From an uncultured Candidatus Saccharibacteria bacterium (GTDB lineage: Bacteria > Patescibacteriota > Minisyncoccia > 2-02-FULL-40-12 > GWA2-44-9), in assembly GCA_964491455.1 (NCBI GenBank), contig CAZBFM010000002.1, positions 28,947-92,946 of the forward strand: a stretch of 64,000 nucleotides of DNA, read 5' to 3'. This document shows, piece by piece, positions 49,154-59,278 of the stretch. The position numbers and the translations under genes are program-made. The first letter of the stretch is position 1. Every line of letters starts with the position of its first letter. The notes beneath the pieces were generated by a model. That model was given only the letters and a program-made list of their open reading frames with translations. It did no database searches and was not told the DNA's origin.

Positions 49154-51229
49154 TTAGCGTCCTAACTTATAAAGCTGAGTGACTTCCGACGACGGCAGTG
49201 CACGGTTGTAGATGCGAACATCGTCAATCAAGCCAGGAAAGTAACGGACCCCTGTCTGCGAACCAATATGTAATTCAGAGGGAGTGGCGGGAGTAACCGC
49301 AGACGTATTTGCGGTCCGAACACCATCAACATACATGTATGTCGTGCCAGCATCACGAATCATGACAACATGATACCAGCGATTTGCGCTCGGAAAAGTA
49401 TACCCTGAATCAAAACGGGCCAGGCCAGAAAATAAGCCCTCTAGCTTTGAACCGCCACCACCAGATGCATTACCGATGCCAAACGAATATCCGTCCCCCG
49501 TTATCCCGTTATCTCTACCATTGGAAACAGCAATTACCTCGCCTGACGTAGGGAGCACAGAAGGATTTATCCACGCCGACATAGTCCAATTGTTAGTTGC
49601 GGTAGCCGATGTTGTCGAAAACGATATAGTATCATCTACCCCATCAAACTTCAGCGCCTGACCGAGCTGACCCATAATCGGACGGGGCAAGCCATTGGCG
49701 CCAGTAAGTGTGCCGTGGTTGAGGTTGGTTGTGGAGTCTTTTGCTTTCGTTGAGGTTAGATACTTGCCATCAAACGTCCAGTGACCAACGAGACCGGAAG
49801 CGAGACTCGTCCCTGTCTGAAGTTTTGCAGTCGAGGTATTTATTTTTACGACACCGGCATTATAGATGGCCGCTACTTCACCTGCCGACAATGCCCGGTT
49901 ATAAATACGTACCTCATCAATTGAGCCCGAGAAAACCTCTTGTAAAGCGCTCGAGCCAAGCGGCGTACTTGCGCCAATATAGAGAGGATCATCCGTATTT
50001 GCATTACCATTCGCAGTTCCGGTTATTGTCTGAGCACTGGCACCGTTCACGTAATACGTAACATTGAAACCAGACATAACCGCCACTACATGCGTCCAAG
50101 TATTCGTTGATAGCGTAATGGTGGTTGAGGTGTAATCTTTTACCGAAAACGTCGTAAACAACAGACCGGCACCGCTTGTTCCAAACGTAAATCCATTTGA
50201 TGTCACAGTTCGTGATGCGCCCACTATTCTGTGGATGCCTGAAAGATTCGTGCTATTTATCCATGCACTTACCGTTACGTTGGTTGTAAGAGATCCGATT
50301 GCAGTCGAAGTTCCTGCACTTACATAATCATTATTCCCATCAAAATTCAGCGCGCAAGAGCCACGCTTGCCGGCGACCCAGTTGGATGTGACGCCGGTGA
50401 GGGCGAAGTTGGTGAGCGTGCCTGTGTTGCCGCGACCAGAGTTGTCGGTGGCTTTGGTGAGTTTACAGTCTTCCATGCTCCAGTAGCCGACGAGGCCACG
50501 CGTGGTGGGCGCCACCGTTCGCGATGCTCCCCCGCTATAGAGTCGTGCAATCTCATTGCCTGTCAGCGCGCGATTGTACACGCGAACGTCATCAATGGAA
50601 CCAACAAAGAACCTTGACCCCGCTCCCGCCAAATAATTTGCCCTCCCTAGTTCTAGCGCACTACCGGAATCAACGCCTGGGCTACTTCCACGATTCCAAA
50701 CTCGTACTCCGTTTACAAACAACATGATGTCGGTACTTGTATACGTTGCTACAACATGCTGCCATACGTTCACAACCGCAGGCACACTCGTGTTTACGAG
50801 AACATTCCCGGCATGCACCTGAAATGTACCGGCGGTTATCTCAACACCCTTATCCCACTGACCATTATCCGTACACCAAAAACAGTGCGCCACGTCGATA
50901 GAGGTTGGCTTGATCCACAGAGCAACCGATACGGGCTCCGCGTCAAGGTTGAGGCCGGTATTAAGATAATCGTTTATCCCATCAAAATTGAGAGCGCATG
51001 CCCCCAGCTTGCCAGCGACCCAGTTGGATGTTGCACCGGTGAGGGCGAAGTTGGTGAGAGTACCGGTGTTGCCGCGACCAGAGTTGTCGGTGGCTTTGGT
51101 GAGTTTGCAGTCTTCCATACTCCAGTAGCCGACGAGGCCACGGGTGGTGGGAGGCTGCGTAATCCCAGCATGCGCAGAGGATGCGGAGAGGAGAAAGAAG
51201 AGCGATGTGATGAGGAAAAATCGTTTCAT
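49154..51229 (-). CDS. Secreted LamG/concanavalin A-like lectin (Laminin_G_3-type) repeat protein, copy 1.
   Basis: Signal peptide MKRFFLITSLFFLLSASSAHA. Three repeats of the LVGYWS.ED...D.SG.GN.GTL...GK.G.A..FDG..DY core typical of Laminin_G_3 domains. 691 aa. Confidence 0.75.
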   Translation of the reverse strand: MKRFFLITSLFFLLSASSAHAGITQPPTTRGLVGYWSMEDCKLTKATDNSGRGNTGTLTNFALTGATSNWVAGKLGACALNFDGINDYLNTGLNLDAEPVSVALWIKPTSIDVAHCFWCTDNGQWDKGVEITAGTFQVHAGNVLVNTSVPAVVNVWQHVVATYTSTDIMLFVNGVRVWNRGSSPGVDSGSALELGRANYLAGAGSRFFVGSIDDVRVYNRALTGNEIARLYSGGASRTVAPTTRGLVGYWSMEDCKLTKATDNSGRGNTGTLTNFALTGVTSNWVAGKRGSCALNFDGNNDYVSAGTSTAIGSLTTNVTVSAWINSTNLSGIHRIVGASRTVTSNGFTFGTSGAGLLFTTFSVKDYTSTTITLSTNTWTHVVAVMSGFNVTYYVNGASAQTITGTANGNANTDDPLYIGASTPLGSSALQEVFSGSIDEVRIYNRALSAGEVAAIYNAGVVKINTSTAKLQTGTSLASGLVGHWTFDGKYLTSTKAKDSTTNLNHGTLTGANGLPRPIMGQLGQALKFDGVDDTISFSTTSATATNNWTMSAWINPSVLPTSGEVIAVSNGRDNGITGDGYSFGIGNASGGGGSKLEGLFSGLARFDSGYTFPSANRWYHVVMIRDAGTTYMYVDGVRTANTSAVTPATPSELHIGSQTGVRYFPGLIDDVRIYNRALPSSEVTQLYKLGR

Positions 51230-51304
51230 GCGTTAACGCCCGAGATTATAGAGTTGGGTGATTTCTGCCGCGGAGAGTGCGCGGTTGTACACGCGGACGT
51301 CGTC
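51001..51304. repeat. Perfect direct repeat of about 304 bp (copy A). It spans the 5' 228 nt of LamG copy 1, the 3-bp junction and the 3' 72 nt of LamG copy 2.
   Basis: Identical base-for-base to 53080-53383 (offset 2079 bp, which equals the gene period). Confidence 0.9.
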
Positions 51305-53308
51305 AATCGTAGCGGCCATGTAGCCACCAGAGATTGATACCAGATTTGAAGTGCCTTCAATGAGTATGTTGGGCACCGTATACCCCGTATATGTCGCTCC
51401 AGCAACCACACTGCCGACTTCTACTCCATCTACATACGTCTTCGCAGTGGAGCCATTCGCCACGCCCATCACGTGTACCCATGTATTGAGCGGTATAGGT
51501 GATGCAGGTGCACTCGTAGTCTTCTGCGCACCATCGTACACATAGAAATATAGTCGCCCATCCGTATTTATGTAGAGATCCTTATCGTAGGTAGCAGCAC
51601 CAATACCATTCACAAATCCCGCGACCAACCCCTTTGCGGCGGGATAACTCGTCAGCTTCACCCACGCGGAGACCGTTACGGGTGAGGTGTTGACCACGTT
51701 CGATGAAATCACATAATCGTCGACGCCATCAAAACTAAGTGCCTGACCGAGCTGACCCATAATCGGACGGGGCAAGCCATTGGCGCCAGTAAGTGTGCCG
51801 TGGTTGAGGTTGGCGGTAGAGTCTTTTGCTTTCGTTGAGGTTAGATTGGCGCCGTCGAATGTCCAATGACCAACAAGACCCGACGCGAGGCTCGTGCCAG
51901 CCTGCAACGCCGCCGTCGACGCGTTGTATCGCGTTGCTGATGAATTATAGAGGTCGGAAATTTCATTGCCCGTCAGTGCGCGGTTATATACACGGATGTC
52001 ATCCAGGGAGCCAGCAAAATAGTAAGCACTTCGCCCGCCCATACTTAGTTGATTCACCGAGACGAAATTCGTGCTATCAGCAACGGTAGCTCCTTGCTGT
52101 ACGCCATCAAATAACATTCTATTTGATGACCCACTCCTCATCACCACCACATGATGCCACTTATTATCAAGGATTGCAGTGGCGGGTCTGCTATACACAT
52201 TGGTCGTTCCAAAGTGAGATTGTAAATATAGATCCGACAAATACATAACTATCCCCCAGTTTCCTGCTCCTGACCCGAACTGCGCAATAATTTCAGCGCC
52301 GACCGAGTCAAGACTTTTCATCCAAAATGCAATCGTGAAATCACCAGTGCCAAAAGTAAAATCTGTGGTTGAAGAAGTAAGAATCTGATCGTTTATCCCA
52401 TCAAAATTCAGCGCACACGCCCCCAGCTTGCCGGCGACCCAGTTGGAAGTGGCTCCGGTGAGGGCGAAGTTGGTGAGGGTGCCTGTGTTGCCGCGGCCAG
52501 AATCATCGGACGCCTTATTGAGCTTGCAGTCCTCAAAACTCCAATGACCCACCAGTCCACGGGTCGTTGCGGGCTTTGCACGTGACGACCCACCACCATA
52601 TAATCTCGCAATCTCATTGCCTGTCAGCGCGCGATTGTAGACCCGTACGTCATCCATGGAGCCCTGAAAAAAACGGAACGACTCTGCTGCGTTATACCAA
52701 TATCCCAGCTTAAGTGAATTAGCACTAAGAGCAACAGTTCCGGATCCCTGACCGACTATGACACCGTCAACATAGAAGGCGTAGGAGGAGCCACTTACTG
52801 TCACCGCCACGTGTTGCCACCTATTCAAGGTTATCACATTCGAGTTGGAGAGATAGCTTGTAGTTCCGGATCTCAACAAAAGACCCGAATTATTTGCATA
52901 AACGGCTAAAGCCATACCACCATCGCCGACGCCGGTTCCCTGATAAATAATGCCATTTGCCTGATTAGAGGCCCCGTATCGAGCAGGGTTAATCCAAGCG
53001 CTCATGGTAAATACACCGGAAGTGAGCACTTGAGAGCTCGACACGTAATCAGTGGTCCCATCAAAATTCAGCGCACACGCCCCCAGCTTGCCAGCGACCC
53101 AGTTGGATGTTGCACCGGTGAGGGCGAAGTTGGTGAGAGTACCGGTGTTGCCGCGACCAGAGTTGTCGGTGGCTTTGGTGAGTTTGCAGTCTTCCATACT
53201 CCAGTAGCCGACGAGGCCACGGGTGGTGGGAGGCTGCGTAATCCCAGCATGCGCAGAGGATGCGGAGAGGAGAAAGAAGAGCGATGTGATGAGGAAAAAT
53301 CGTTTCAT
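51233..53308 (-). CDS. Secreted LamG/concanavalin A-like lectin repeat protein, copy 2.
   Basis: The same architecture as copy 1. The first 76 codons are nucleotide-identical to copy 1. 691 aa. Confidence 0.75.
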   Translation of the reverse strand: MKRFFLITSLFFLLSASSAHAGITQPPTTRGLVGYWSMEDCKLTKATDNSGRGNTGTLTNFALTGATSNWVAGKLGACALNFDGTTDYVSSSQVLTSGVFTMSAWINPARYGASNQANGIIYQGTGVGDGGMALAVYANNSGLLLRSGTTSYLSNSNVITLNRWQHVAVTVSGSSYAFYVDGVIVGQGSGTVALSANSLKLGYWYNAAESFRFFQGSMDDVRVYNRALTGNEIARLYGGGSSRAKPATTRGLVGHWSFEDCKLNKASDDSGRGNTGTLTNFALTGATSNWVAGKLGACALNFDGINDQILTSSTTDFTFGTGDFTIAFWMKSLDSVGAEIIAQFGSGAGNWGIVMYLSDLYLQSHFGTTNVYSRPATAILDNKWHHVVVMRSGSSNRMLFDGVQQGATVADSTNFVSVNQLSMGGRSAYYFAGSLDDIRVYNRALTGNEISDLYNSSATRYNASTAALQAGTSLASGLVGHWTFDGANLTSTKAKDSTANLNHGTLTGANGLPRPIMGQLGQALSFDGVDDYVISSNVVNTSPVTVSAWVKLTSYPAAKGLVAGFVNGIGAATYDKDLYINTDGRLYFYVYDGAQKTTSAPASPIPLNTWVHVMGVANGSTAKTYVDGVEVGSVVAGATYTGYTVPNILIEGTSNLVSISGGYMAATIDDVRVYNRALSAAEITQLYNLGR

Positions 53309-53383
53309 GCGTTAACGCCCGAGATTATAGAGTTGGGTGATTTCTGCCGCGGAGAGTGCGCGGTTGTACACGCGGACGTCGTC
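53080..53383. repeat. Perfect direct repeat of about 304 bp (copy B), at the LamG copy 2/copy 3 junction.
   Basis: Identical to 51001-51304. Confidence 0.9.
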
Positions 53384-55489
53384 GAGAGAGCCGTTAAAAA
53401 TGTAGCGCTGATTTGCATTCGCAACATCGGCATCGCTGCCGATTCGAATAGGCCCCGAAGGCGCGTACGACGATAAGCCCGATCCCGTATTATTCAGCAC
53501 ACCGTTTATGTATAAACTCAGCGTTGTACCATCATTTACTCCAACAACGTGCGTCCATGTATCTGCAACGGGTGTGTCCGTTTGCGTCACCGTCGAGTTA
53601 CCAGCTGCATTTGAAGATCGAACCGTAAAACTAATTTTGCCACTCGAACCACCACCATCACACACGCCAAATTTAAGTATATAGGCAGACCAGGAGGTGT
53701 TTCTATTACCGTTATTGACGATAACTTGACTGCCAGTAACTACGCGCGGATTAACCCAGGCCGAAACGGTTTCAATCGTTGGTTTTAATAACGCATTATC
53801 TGCAATAGTTACAAGGTCATCCACTGCATCAAACTGTATTCCCTGACCAAGTCGCCCTGCCACAGGTTTTGGGAGGCCGTTGGTGCCAGTAAGTGTGCCA
53901 GTATTGGCATTACCACTTGAATCAAGTGCGGTAGTCGCAGTGAGAGTTGGCCCATCAAACGTCCAGTGACCGACAAGGCCGGATACAAGATTAGTGTTGT
54001 TATCGAGCGTCGCAGTGGAGACGCCAAGCTTCGTGGCCCCTGCGGTGTAGAGCGCGGCCACCTCTGGGGCAGAGAGTGCGCGATTGTACACGCGAACGTC
54101 GTCGAGAGATCCGAACATACGATACGCCGTTGATCCATTGCCATGCGTGCCGATAAAAGTATTCGACCCAAGACCGGTCCATCCAATCGATGTCGCATTA
54201 CTACCTGACTGAGCCAACACACCGTCGATGTATAGCCGCTGGGCATTTGCTACGTCATCATAGGTATACACATAATGATGCCAATCAGCAGTAGAAACTG
54301 CTCCCGAAGTAATTATCGCCCATGTAACCCCAGTGTAAAAAGCACCAATCGCGTTTGCGTTTTGAAGACGCAACGTCACATGATCACCCAAAGAAATAAT
54401 CTCGTCCTCTGAAGCATCCGCAGTTTTTCGTGCCCAACCAGCTACGGTAACATCAGTTGGGGTACCAAGAAGTCCAGTGATCTGAACATAATCATCCGTG
54501 CCATCAAACTTTAATGCGCATGAGCCTCGCTTTGCGGAGCCCCCGCTCACCCAATTGGAGGTGTTGCCCGTCAGAGTAAAATTGGTGAGCGTGCCAGTAT
54601 TGCCACGCCCAGAGGAGTCGGTGGCTATTGAACCCCTGCAATCCTCCATACTCCAGTAGCCAACCAGACCTCGCGTGGTCGAGCCAGTGACTCTCGAGGC
54701 GCCGGAGTTGTAGAGACTAGCAACTTCAGCTGTTGTGAGCGCACGGTTATAGATTCGAACGTCATCAAGTGCACCATTTAGAGGAGCAGAAGTGCCATCG
54801 GCGTCTAAGCCAATCCTTAAATTCACATCGTTTAAAATAGTATTCCCCGCGAGAGCATCAGCGGTGGTTGTTGTGGAAATCGCAGATCCATCCATGTAAA
54901 GCGTCATTCCGCTCGCAGCGCCAGAGCCTGTATACACCCCCATAACATGCACCCACGCATTCGCACGCCAAGCAGCAGTTGCCCTTTTCCTTATGTGAAT
55001 TGCAGATTGCGCATTATTCGAGATGCTCATCTGAAGCAGCCCGGACGAACCAATGAGAGAAAACCCCCTTGCAGCGGTATCTGTAGTAGTCTTATTCACA
55101 ATTGTCATCGAGGACGCCGCATTAGCAGGTTTCACCCATGCAGAAATTGTAAATGGTTGCGTAGAATCAAAATCAAAATTTGTTTCGATGGCAGTAGAAA
55201 TATAATCATCCGTACCACCGAAATTCAACGCACACGAGCCTCGCTTTGCGGAACCTCCAGACACCCAATTAGACGTTGCGCCCGTCAAGGCAAAATTTGT
55301 AATAGTGCCCGTGTTGCCCCGCCCAGAGGAGTCGGTTGCTTTACTACCTCGACAATCTTCCATGCTCCAGTAAGCAACAAGACCGCGATTATCCATTGGT
55401 CTCGTGATGCCTGCGAGAGCAGTGGGAACTTTAGCCACGAAAAAACCAACCAGCAGTGCAATAAAGAAAAAACGCCTTAAAATTTCCAT
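53312..55489 (-). CDS. Secreted LamG/concanavalin A-like lectin repeat protein, copy 3.
   Basis: Signal peptide and three LamG-like repeats. The C-terminal 23 codons are identical to those of copy 2. 725 aa. Confidence 0.75.
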   Translation of the reverse strand: MEILRRFFFIALLVGFFVAKVPTALAGITRPMDNRGLVAYWSMEDCRGSKATDSSGRGNTGTITNFALTGATSNWVSGGSAKRGSCALNFGGTDDYISTAIETNFDFDSTQPFTISAWVKPANAASSMTIVNKTTTDTAARGFSLIGSSGLLQMSISNNAQSAIHIRKRATAAWRANAWVHVMGVYTGSGAASGMTLYMDGSAISTTTTADALAGNTILNDVNLRIGLDADGTSAPLNGALDDVRIYNRALTTAEVASLYNSGASRVTGSTTRGLVGYWSMEDCRGSIATDSSGRGNTGTLTNFTLTGNTSNWVSGGSAKRGSCALKFDGTDDYVQITGLLGTPTDVTVAGWARKTADASEDEIISLGDHVTLRLQNANAIGAFYTGVTWAIITSGAVSTADWHHYVYTYDDVANAQRLYIDGVLAQSGSNATSIGWTGLGSNTFIGTHGNGSTAYRMFGSLDDVRVYNRALSAPEVAALYTAGATKLGVSTATLDNNTNLVSGLVGHWTFDGPTLTATTALDSSGNANTGTLTGTNGLPKPVAGRLGQGIQFDAVDDLVTIADNALLKPTIETVSAWVNPRVVTGSQVIVNNGNRNTSWSAYILKFGVCDGGGSSGKISFTVRSSNAAGNSTVTQTDTPVADTWTHVVGVNDGTTLSLYINGVLNNTGSGLSSYAPSGPIRIGSDADVANANQRYIFNGSLDDVRVYNRALSAAEITQLYNLGR

Positions 55490-56040
55490 GAACCTACGAC
55501 GGCGCTCATCTCTAGCTCAGCGTCGGGTGAGCCAGTGATTTGATACAAATACCCTTCATGCGTAAACCAAACCTCACGAGTACTACTCCCCGATGCATCT
55601 TTGCTCTTAAATACCAGTGCCTTAGCCCCTTGTACGACAACGGATTTTGCCCCCTCCACAATCACGTCCGGTGCGTCTTGCTGAATGCGAGCCTTGGTGA
55701 CCTCGAACTGCTCATCTTGAGGCGTGATGTAGATCTGAAAATTCTTGAGCAAGATTGTCTCACTCACATCATCCCGAATATCACCGGGTGTGCATCCCGC
55801 ACAATCAAACGAAAAAGAAGGCTTTTCGTGGACGTATCGCTTTCCACGGATTTCCCCTTTTCCGAGCGCCACCAGAGGCTCTGCTGGATTCTCCAAATCT
55901 CCATCTTCGCTAGGAGAAATTGCCACCAACGGATTGTCGGGAAGCTTAAAACCATCATTTTTCTTGGCAATCGCCCAATACCCCACCCCTGCCAGAACTA
56001 CGAGCGTGCTTATAATATAGAAGGCCTTGTTGATTTTCAT
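55477..56040 (-). CDS. Membrane-anchored hypothetical protein, first gene of the LamG operon.
   Basis: N-terminal TM (FYIISTLVVLAGVGYWAI) and a roughly 150-aa extracytoplasmic domain with a CAGC pair. It overlaps the LamG copy 3 start. Confidence 0.45.
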   Translation of the reverse strand: MKINKAFYIISTLVVLAGVGYWAIAKKNDGFKLPDNPLVAISPSEDGDLENPAEPLVALGKGEIRGKRYVHEKPSFSFDCAGCTPGDIRDDVSETILLKNFQIYITPQDEQFEVTKARIQQDAPDVIVEGAKSVVVQGAKALVFKSKDASGSSTREVWFTHEGYLYQITGSPDAELEMSAVVGSWKF

Positions 56041-56435
56041 GGTTTATTTGGCGTGGGAGATGGCGTTCCGATGGTAAGCGGAGCAATATCAATGATGCGT
56101 TTCAATGTGGGGCTATACAAAATCGCCTTCCGGGCGGTGTTATAGATAATCACCTTATCCCCTAGATGCGCATTGGCAAACAATGGCTGCCCACTCAATG
56201 CCTTCAAATCCGTCACGGTTGCAATAACCGGCTCCTCTCCCGTGGGGAGCACCACAAGCTTACTCACCTCTGCGAGGAGATCAGCGGTAGTATAGGTAGA
56301 CTTGGTATCGCGACCTAACAGAACGCGAAGCTGCGCGCGATACAACCACGCCCCGCCGATAAGCGCCACAAGAAGAAGCAACACTACCCAAGGATATATT
56401 CGGGGTTTTCCTGAAATGATTTGTTGGCCGTTCAT
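56037..56435 (-). CDS. Small membrane-anchored protein, a paralog of 59982-60422 and of the N-terminal domain of 48338-49063.
   Basis: TM helix plus LPTGEEPVIATVTDLKALSGQPLFANAHLGDKVIIYNTARKAILYSPTLKRIIDIAPL. The same block appears in the other two copies. Confidence 0.55.
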   Translation of the reverse strand: MNGQQIISGKPRIYPWVVLLLLVALIGGAWLYRAQLRVLLGRDTKSTYTTADLLAEVSKLVVLPTGEEPVIATVTDLKALSGQPLFANAHLGDKVIIYNTARKAILYSPTLKRIIDIAPLTIGTPSPTPNKP

Positions 56436-56614
56436 ATCATGACATGGTTGGAATACTCAATAATTATAAGCTTTCGATTAGCGTTGGCAACGCTTCATCG
56501 GTTGCCAATCGTAGTATGTAGAAATCGCAGCGCAAAAAAAATACGTGCAGCGCATTTCTTATTTTGAAATATATATTCTTCTCTTTATTTTCATGTTTAT
56601 GTGAGGATATTTCC

Positions 56615-58198
56615 TCAGATAAGAGCGCTACCCGTCATCTCCTTGGGTATTTTGATGTTCAGGAGCTTGAGAATCGTCGGGGCTACATCGATGAGGGATC
56701 CTGTTGATTCCCTCCGTGCCAATGATTCAATACTTTCGCCTTCTTGACCCTGCTGCACCTCGGGAAGCACAAATACGATTGGCACAGAGCGCGTCGAATG
56801 CTGCGTGTCTTCCCCGCCCGTGAATGGATCAAGTAATTCTTCAGCATTTCCATGGTCTGCCGTGATAATAAGCGCTGTATCACCTCGCTCCAACGCCGCA
56901 TTGGCTATTTGCCCGATGCAATCATCGACAACACGCACCGCTCGCTCGGTTGCTGCTAGATTTCCTGTATGCCCTATCATGTCGAGATTGGCGAGGTTAA
57001 CCGCGTACAAAACCGCATCATCATTGAGTCGCTCGATCAGCGTGCTTGTTATCTCTCGCGCCGACATCTCAGGATGTACCACGTATTGGTCCCCCCTCAT
57101 GAATCGAGAAGCGACGATGCAACGCCGCTCTCCATCGCTGGGCGTCATCCGTCCCCCGTTCAAAAAGCTAGTCACATGAGCTTCTTTCTCTTTTTCCGCA
57201 ATTCTCCACTGTCGTATGCCCGCATTACTTATCACCTCTCCCAATGTATTGGGTGGTGGAGCAGATTCATAGGCAACGGGGCATGAAAAATCACTTCCAT
57301 ATCGCGTCATGGTAACAATCATAAGGTTCGCTGGTCGAATTCTGAGCGGAAATGCTTGAAATGTGGCCGATTCAATGAATGGCGTGGCGAGTTGTTGGGC
57401 TCGATCGCTGCGAAAATCGTAGAAAATTACTGCATCATTATCTTGAACGGGCCCAATTGGCTTACCTTGAGAAACCACCGTTGCCGGGTCAATTGCATAG
57501 TCCCCCACGCCCTTCTCGTAGTTTGATTGCACATATTCCTGAGGATTTTCGATAGGCGGAGCATTTCCGTCGACAATCGCACGCCACACTTGCTCGGTAA
57601 GCTTCCAATTGAGCACTCTATCCATCGCAAAAGACCGCCCTTGCACGGATGCGATGCTGGCTCCGGACCGCCTCAGGTGAGGCTCTAGCATAGTGAGGAC
57701 CTGTATTGCATCCTGCGCTGGCATGTCTTGCCCGTCCGCTATGACATGAACAAAGACCTTCTTGAGGTTATGTCGTTTTGCTAATTCCAGAAGCGCAATT
57801 AGGTGATCCGTGTGCGAGTGAATCCCCCCTGGACTGGTACAACCGATAAGATGGAGTGCGGAATTGTGTTTTTTGGCGTGTGTAATTGCTTTTAAGAGCG
57901 CCTCATTGGTATAAAAATCGCCAGAACGTATCTGCGTGTGAATATGCGCCAAATCTTGCACCACCACCCTCCCACAACCAAGCGCAGTATGACCGACTTC
58001 GCTGTTTCCCGGCTCGCCCCAAGGAAGCCCCACAACAAGCCCTGATGCCGTAAGGGGCATAGAGACGTGCTTGGTCAGTAAGTCTTCAAGGTGAGGCATT
58101 CCAGCCCGCAGGATGGCATTTCCGGGGCCATCTGGAGCGAGCCCGAACCCGTCGATGACAAGTAGGATTACTTTCTTGAAGTTCGTTGATGATTTCAT
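56615..58198 (-). CDS. gpmI: 2,3-bisphosphoglycerate-independent phosphoglycerate mutase.
   Basis: VILLVIDGFGLAP N-terminus, catalytic Ser region (LIGCTSPGGIHSH), metal-binding DHGNAE and ITADHGN motifs. 527 aa. Confidence 0.9.
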   Translation of the reverse strand: MKSSTNFKKVILLVIDGFGLAPDGPGNAILRAGMPHLEDLLTKHVSMPLTASGLVVGLPWGEPGNSEVGHTALGCGRVVVQDLAHIHTQIRSGDFYTNEALLKAITHAKKHNSALHLIGCTSPGGIHSHTDHLIALLELAKRHNLKKVFVHVIADGQDMPAQDAIQVLTMLEPHLRRSGASIASVQGRSFAMDRVLNWKLTEQVWRAIVDGNAPPIENPQEYVQSNYEKGVGDYAIDPATVVSQGKPIGPVQDNDAVIFYDFRSDRAQQLATPFIESATFQAFPLRIRPANLMIVTMTRYGSDFSCPVAYESAPPPNTLGEVISNAGIRQWRIAEKEKEAHVTSFLNGGRMTPSDGERRCIVASRFMRGDQYVVHPEMSAREITSTLIERLNDDAVLYAVNLANLDMIGHTGNLAATERAVRVVDDCIGQIANAALERGDTALIITADHGNAEELLDPFTGGEDTQHSTRSVPIVFVLPEVQQGQEGESIESLARRESTGSLIDVAPTILKLLNIKIPKEMTGSALI

Positions 58199-58200
58199 GG

Positions 58201-59136
58201 CTATAGTGCTACTTTTTCAGTAATCCACCCCTTCGATGATTGTATATTTACCGCCACCTGTCGCTGAGGAAGCACATCAGAAGGCGTAGATACGCGGATT
58301 TCGAATCTTCCCTTTTGGCACATGAGGATATACCTGCCCTGTTCATCGCTCACCGCATACCCCACACGAGTCCCCTGCGTAGTATGTAGCGTAATGAGAG
58401 CATAGGGCAGGCCGAGTCCCGTGTGAACATCCACAATGAGACCAAATGGCGCGCCTATGAATCCCCAAATACGCAAGCTGACTAGCCCAGCAAAAACAAA
58501 AACCAATCCAGCAGTAAAAAATCCAGGCATAATGACAAAGCTCAGTGGTATAGAGAGTAATCCAAGCAAAAGACTACCATCCGCAACGAGCGCAACCAGA
58601 GCACCCTTTTGAATAGCCGGTATTGCGCTGCGAGTACGCGCGATCTCGCTGCCCTTAGAATCGAGGGGTATATCGTAATTAATAGCCTCCCCACTGGCTA
58701 AAACGAATTGCTCGCCTCGATAAGGCGCACCGAAGATCGCACTCCGCATCACAGAATCATGAGCGGACGGAAAGACAAAGCCAGGAGCAGCAACAAATAA
58801 CTTCGCAAAACACGACAAATCAGGAGATGTTGCTACTCTACCCAAAAACTCATAGCGCCCAAAACGATCGGTAATTTGCGACTCAAGTGGTCTCTGACTT
58901 TCATCACGAAGCTCAACGCGAGCAAAAGGCAATGGCATCAACGTTCGCGAATCGTAGACAACGCCCCAGGCCGTCTTCCTTCCGGGCAAGAGCTGCACCA
59001 CACGGACAACCCTTTTGATCACAAATAAAGCAAAGTTGCGAATACGAAATAGCGTCACTTTCATGCGATAAGTATACCACCAAAAGCAAAACTGAATGCA
59101 CACGGTAGCACAGAACAACAGGGACAAAATTCCCAA
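58201..59136 (-). CDS. Membrane protein with carboxypeptidase-regulatory-like beta-sandwich domains.
   Basis: ARVELRDESQRPLESQITDRFGRYEF and GYAVSDEQGRYIL (CarbopepD_reg-like GxYxF pattern), plus at least 3 TM helices. Confidence 0.4.
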   Translation of the reverse strand: MGILSLLFCATVCIQFCFWWYTYRMKVTLFRIRNFALFVIKRVVRVVQLLPGRKTAWGVVYDSRTLMPLPFARVELRDESQRPLESQITDRFGRYEFLGRVATSPDLSCFAKLFVAAPGFVFPSAHDSVMRSAIFGAPYRGEQFVLASGEAINYDIPLDSKGSEIARTRSAIPAIQKGALVALVADGSLLLGLLSIPLSFVIMPGFFTAGLVFVFAGLVSLRIWGFIGAPFGLIVDVHTGLGLPYALITLHTTQGTRVGYAVSDEQGRYILMCQKGRFEIRVSTPSDVLPQRQVAVNIQSSKGWITEKVAL

Positions 59137-59278
59137 AATAGCTGTAATTTACCTATTTACACCTACATAGTTATCGTTACTACTTGTTACTATAGTTACC
59201 TATAGCAATCGCGCGATTTTGCATGATCGAATCTGCATATTCGCGCACGCGCAACGCTGGAGATGAGAGATCGCGGCG

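Noticed and set aside
50347-53250. Short minus-strand ORFs (60-70 aa) with the repeated peptide PKPPTTLVAAT…SPTSPSP inside the LamG genes.
   Set aside because: They are off-frame readings of the conserved LamG N-terminal motif DNA (LVGYWS…GNTGTL). The in-frame LamG proteins explain the sequence.
49154-55489. Diversity-generating retroelement targeting the LamG proteins.
   Set aside because: No reverse transcriptase gene is in the window, and the repeats are long, perfect and not adenine-biased, which fits recombination rather than mutagenic retrohoming.
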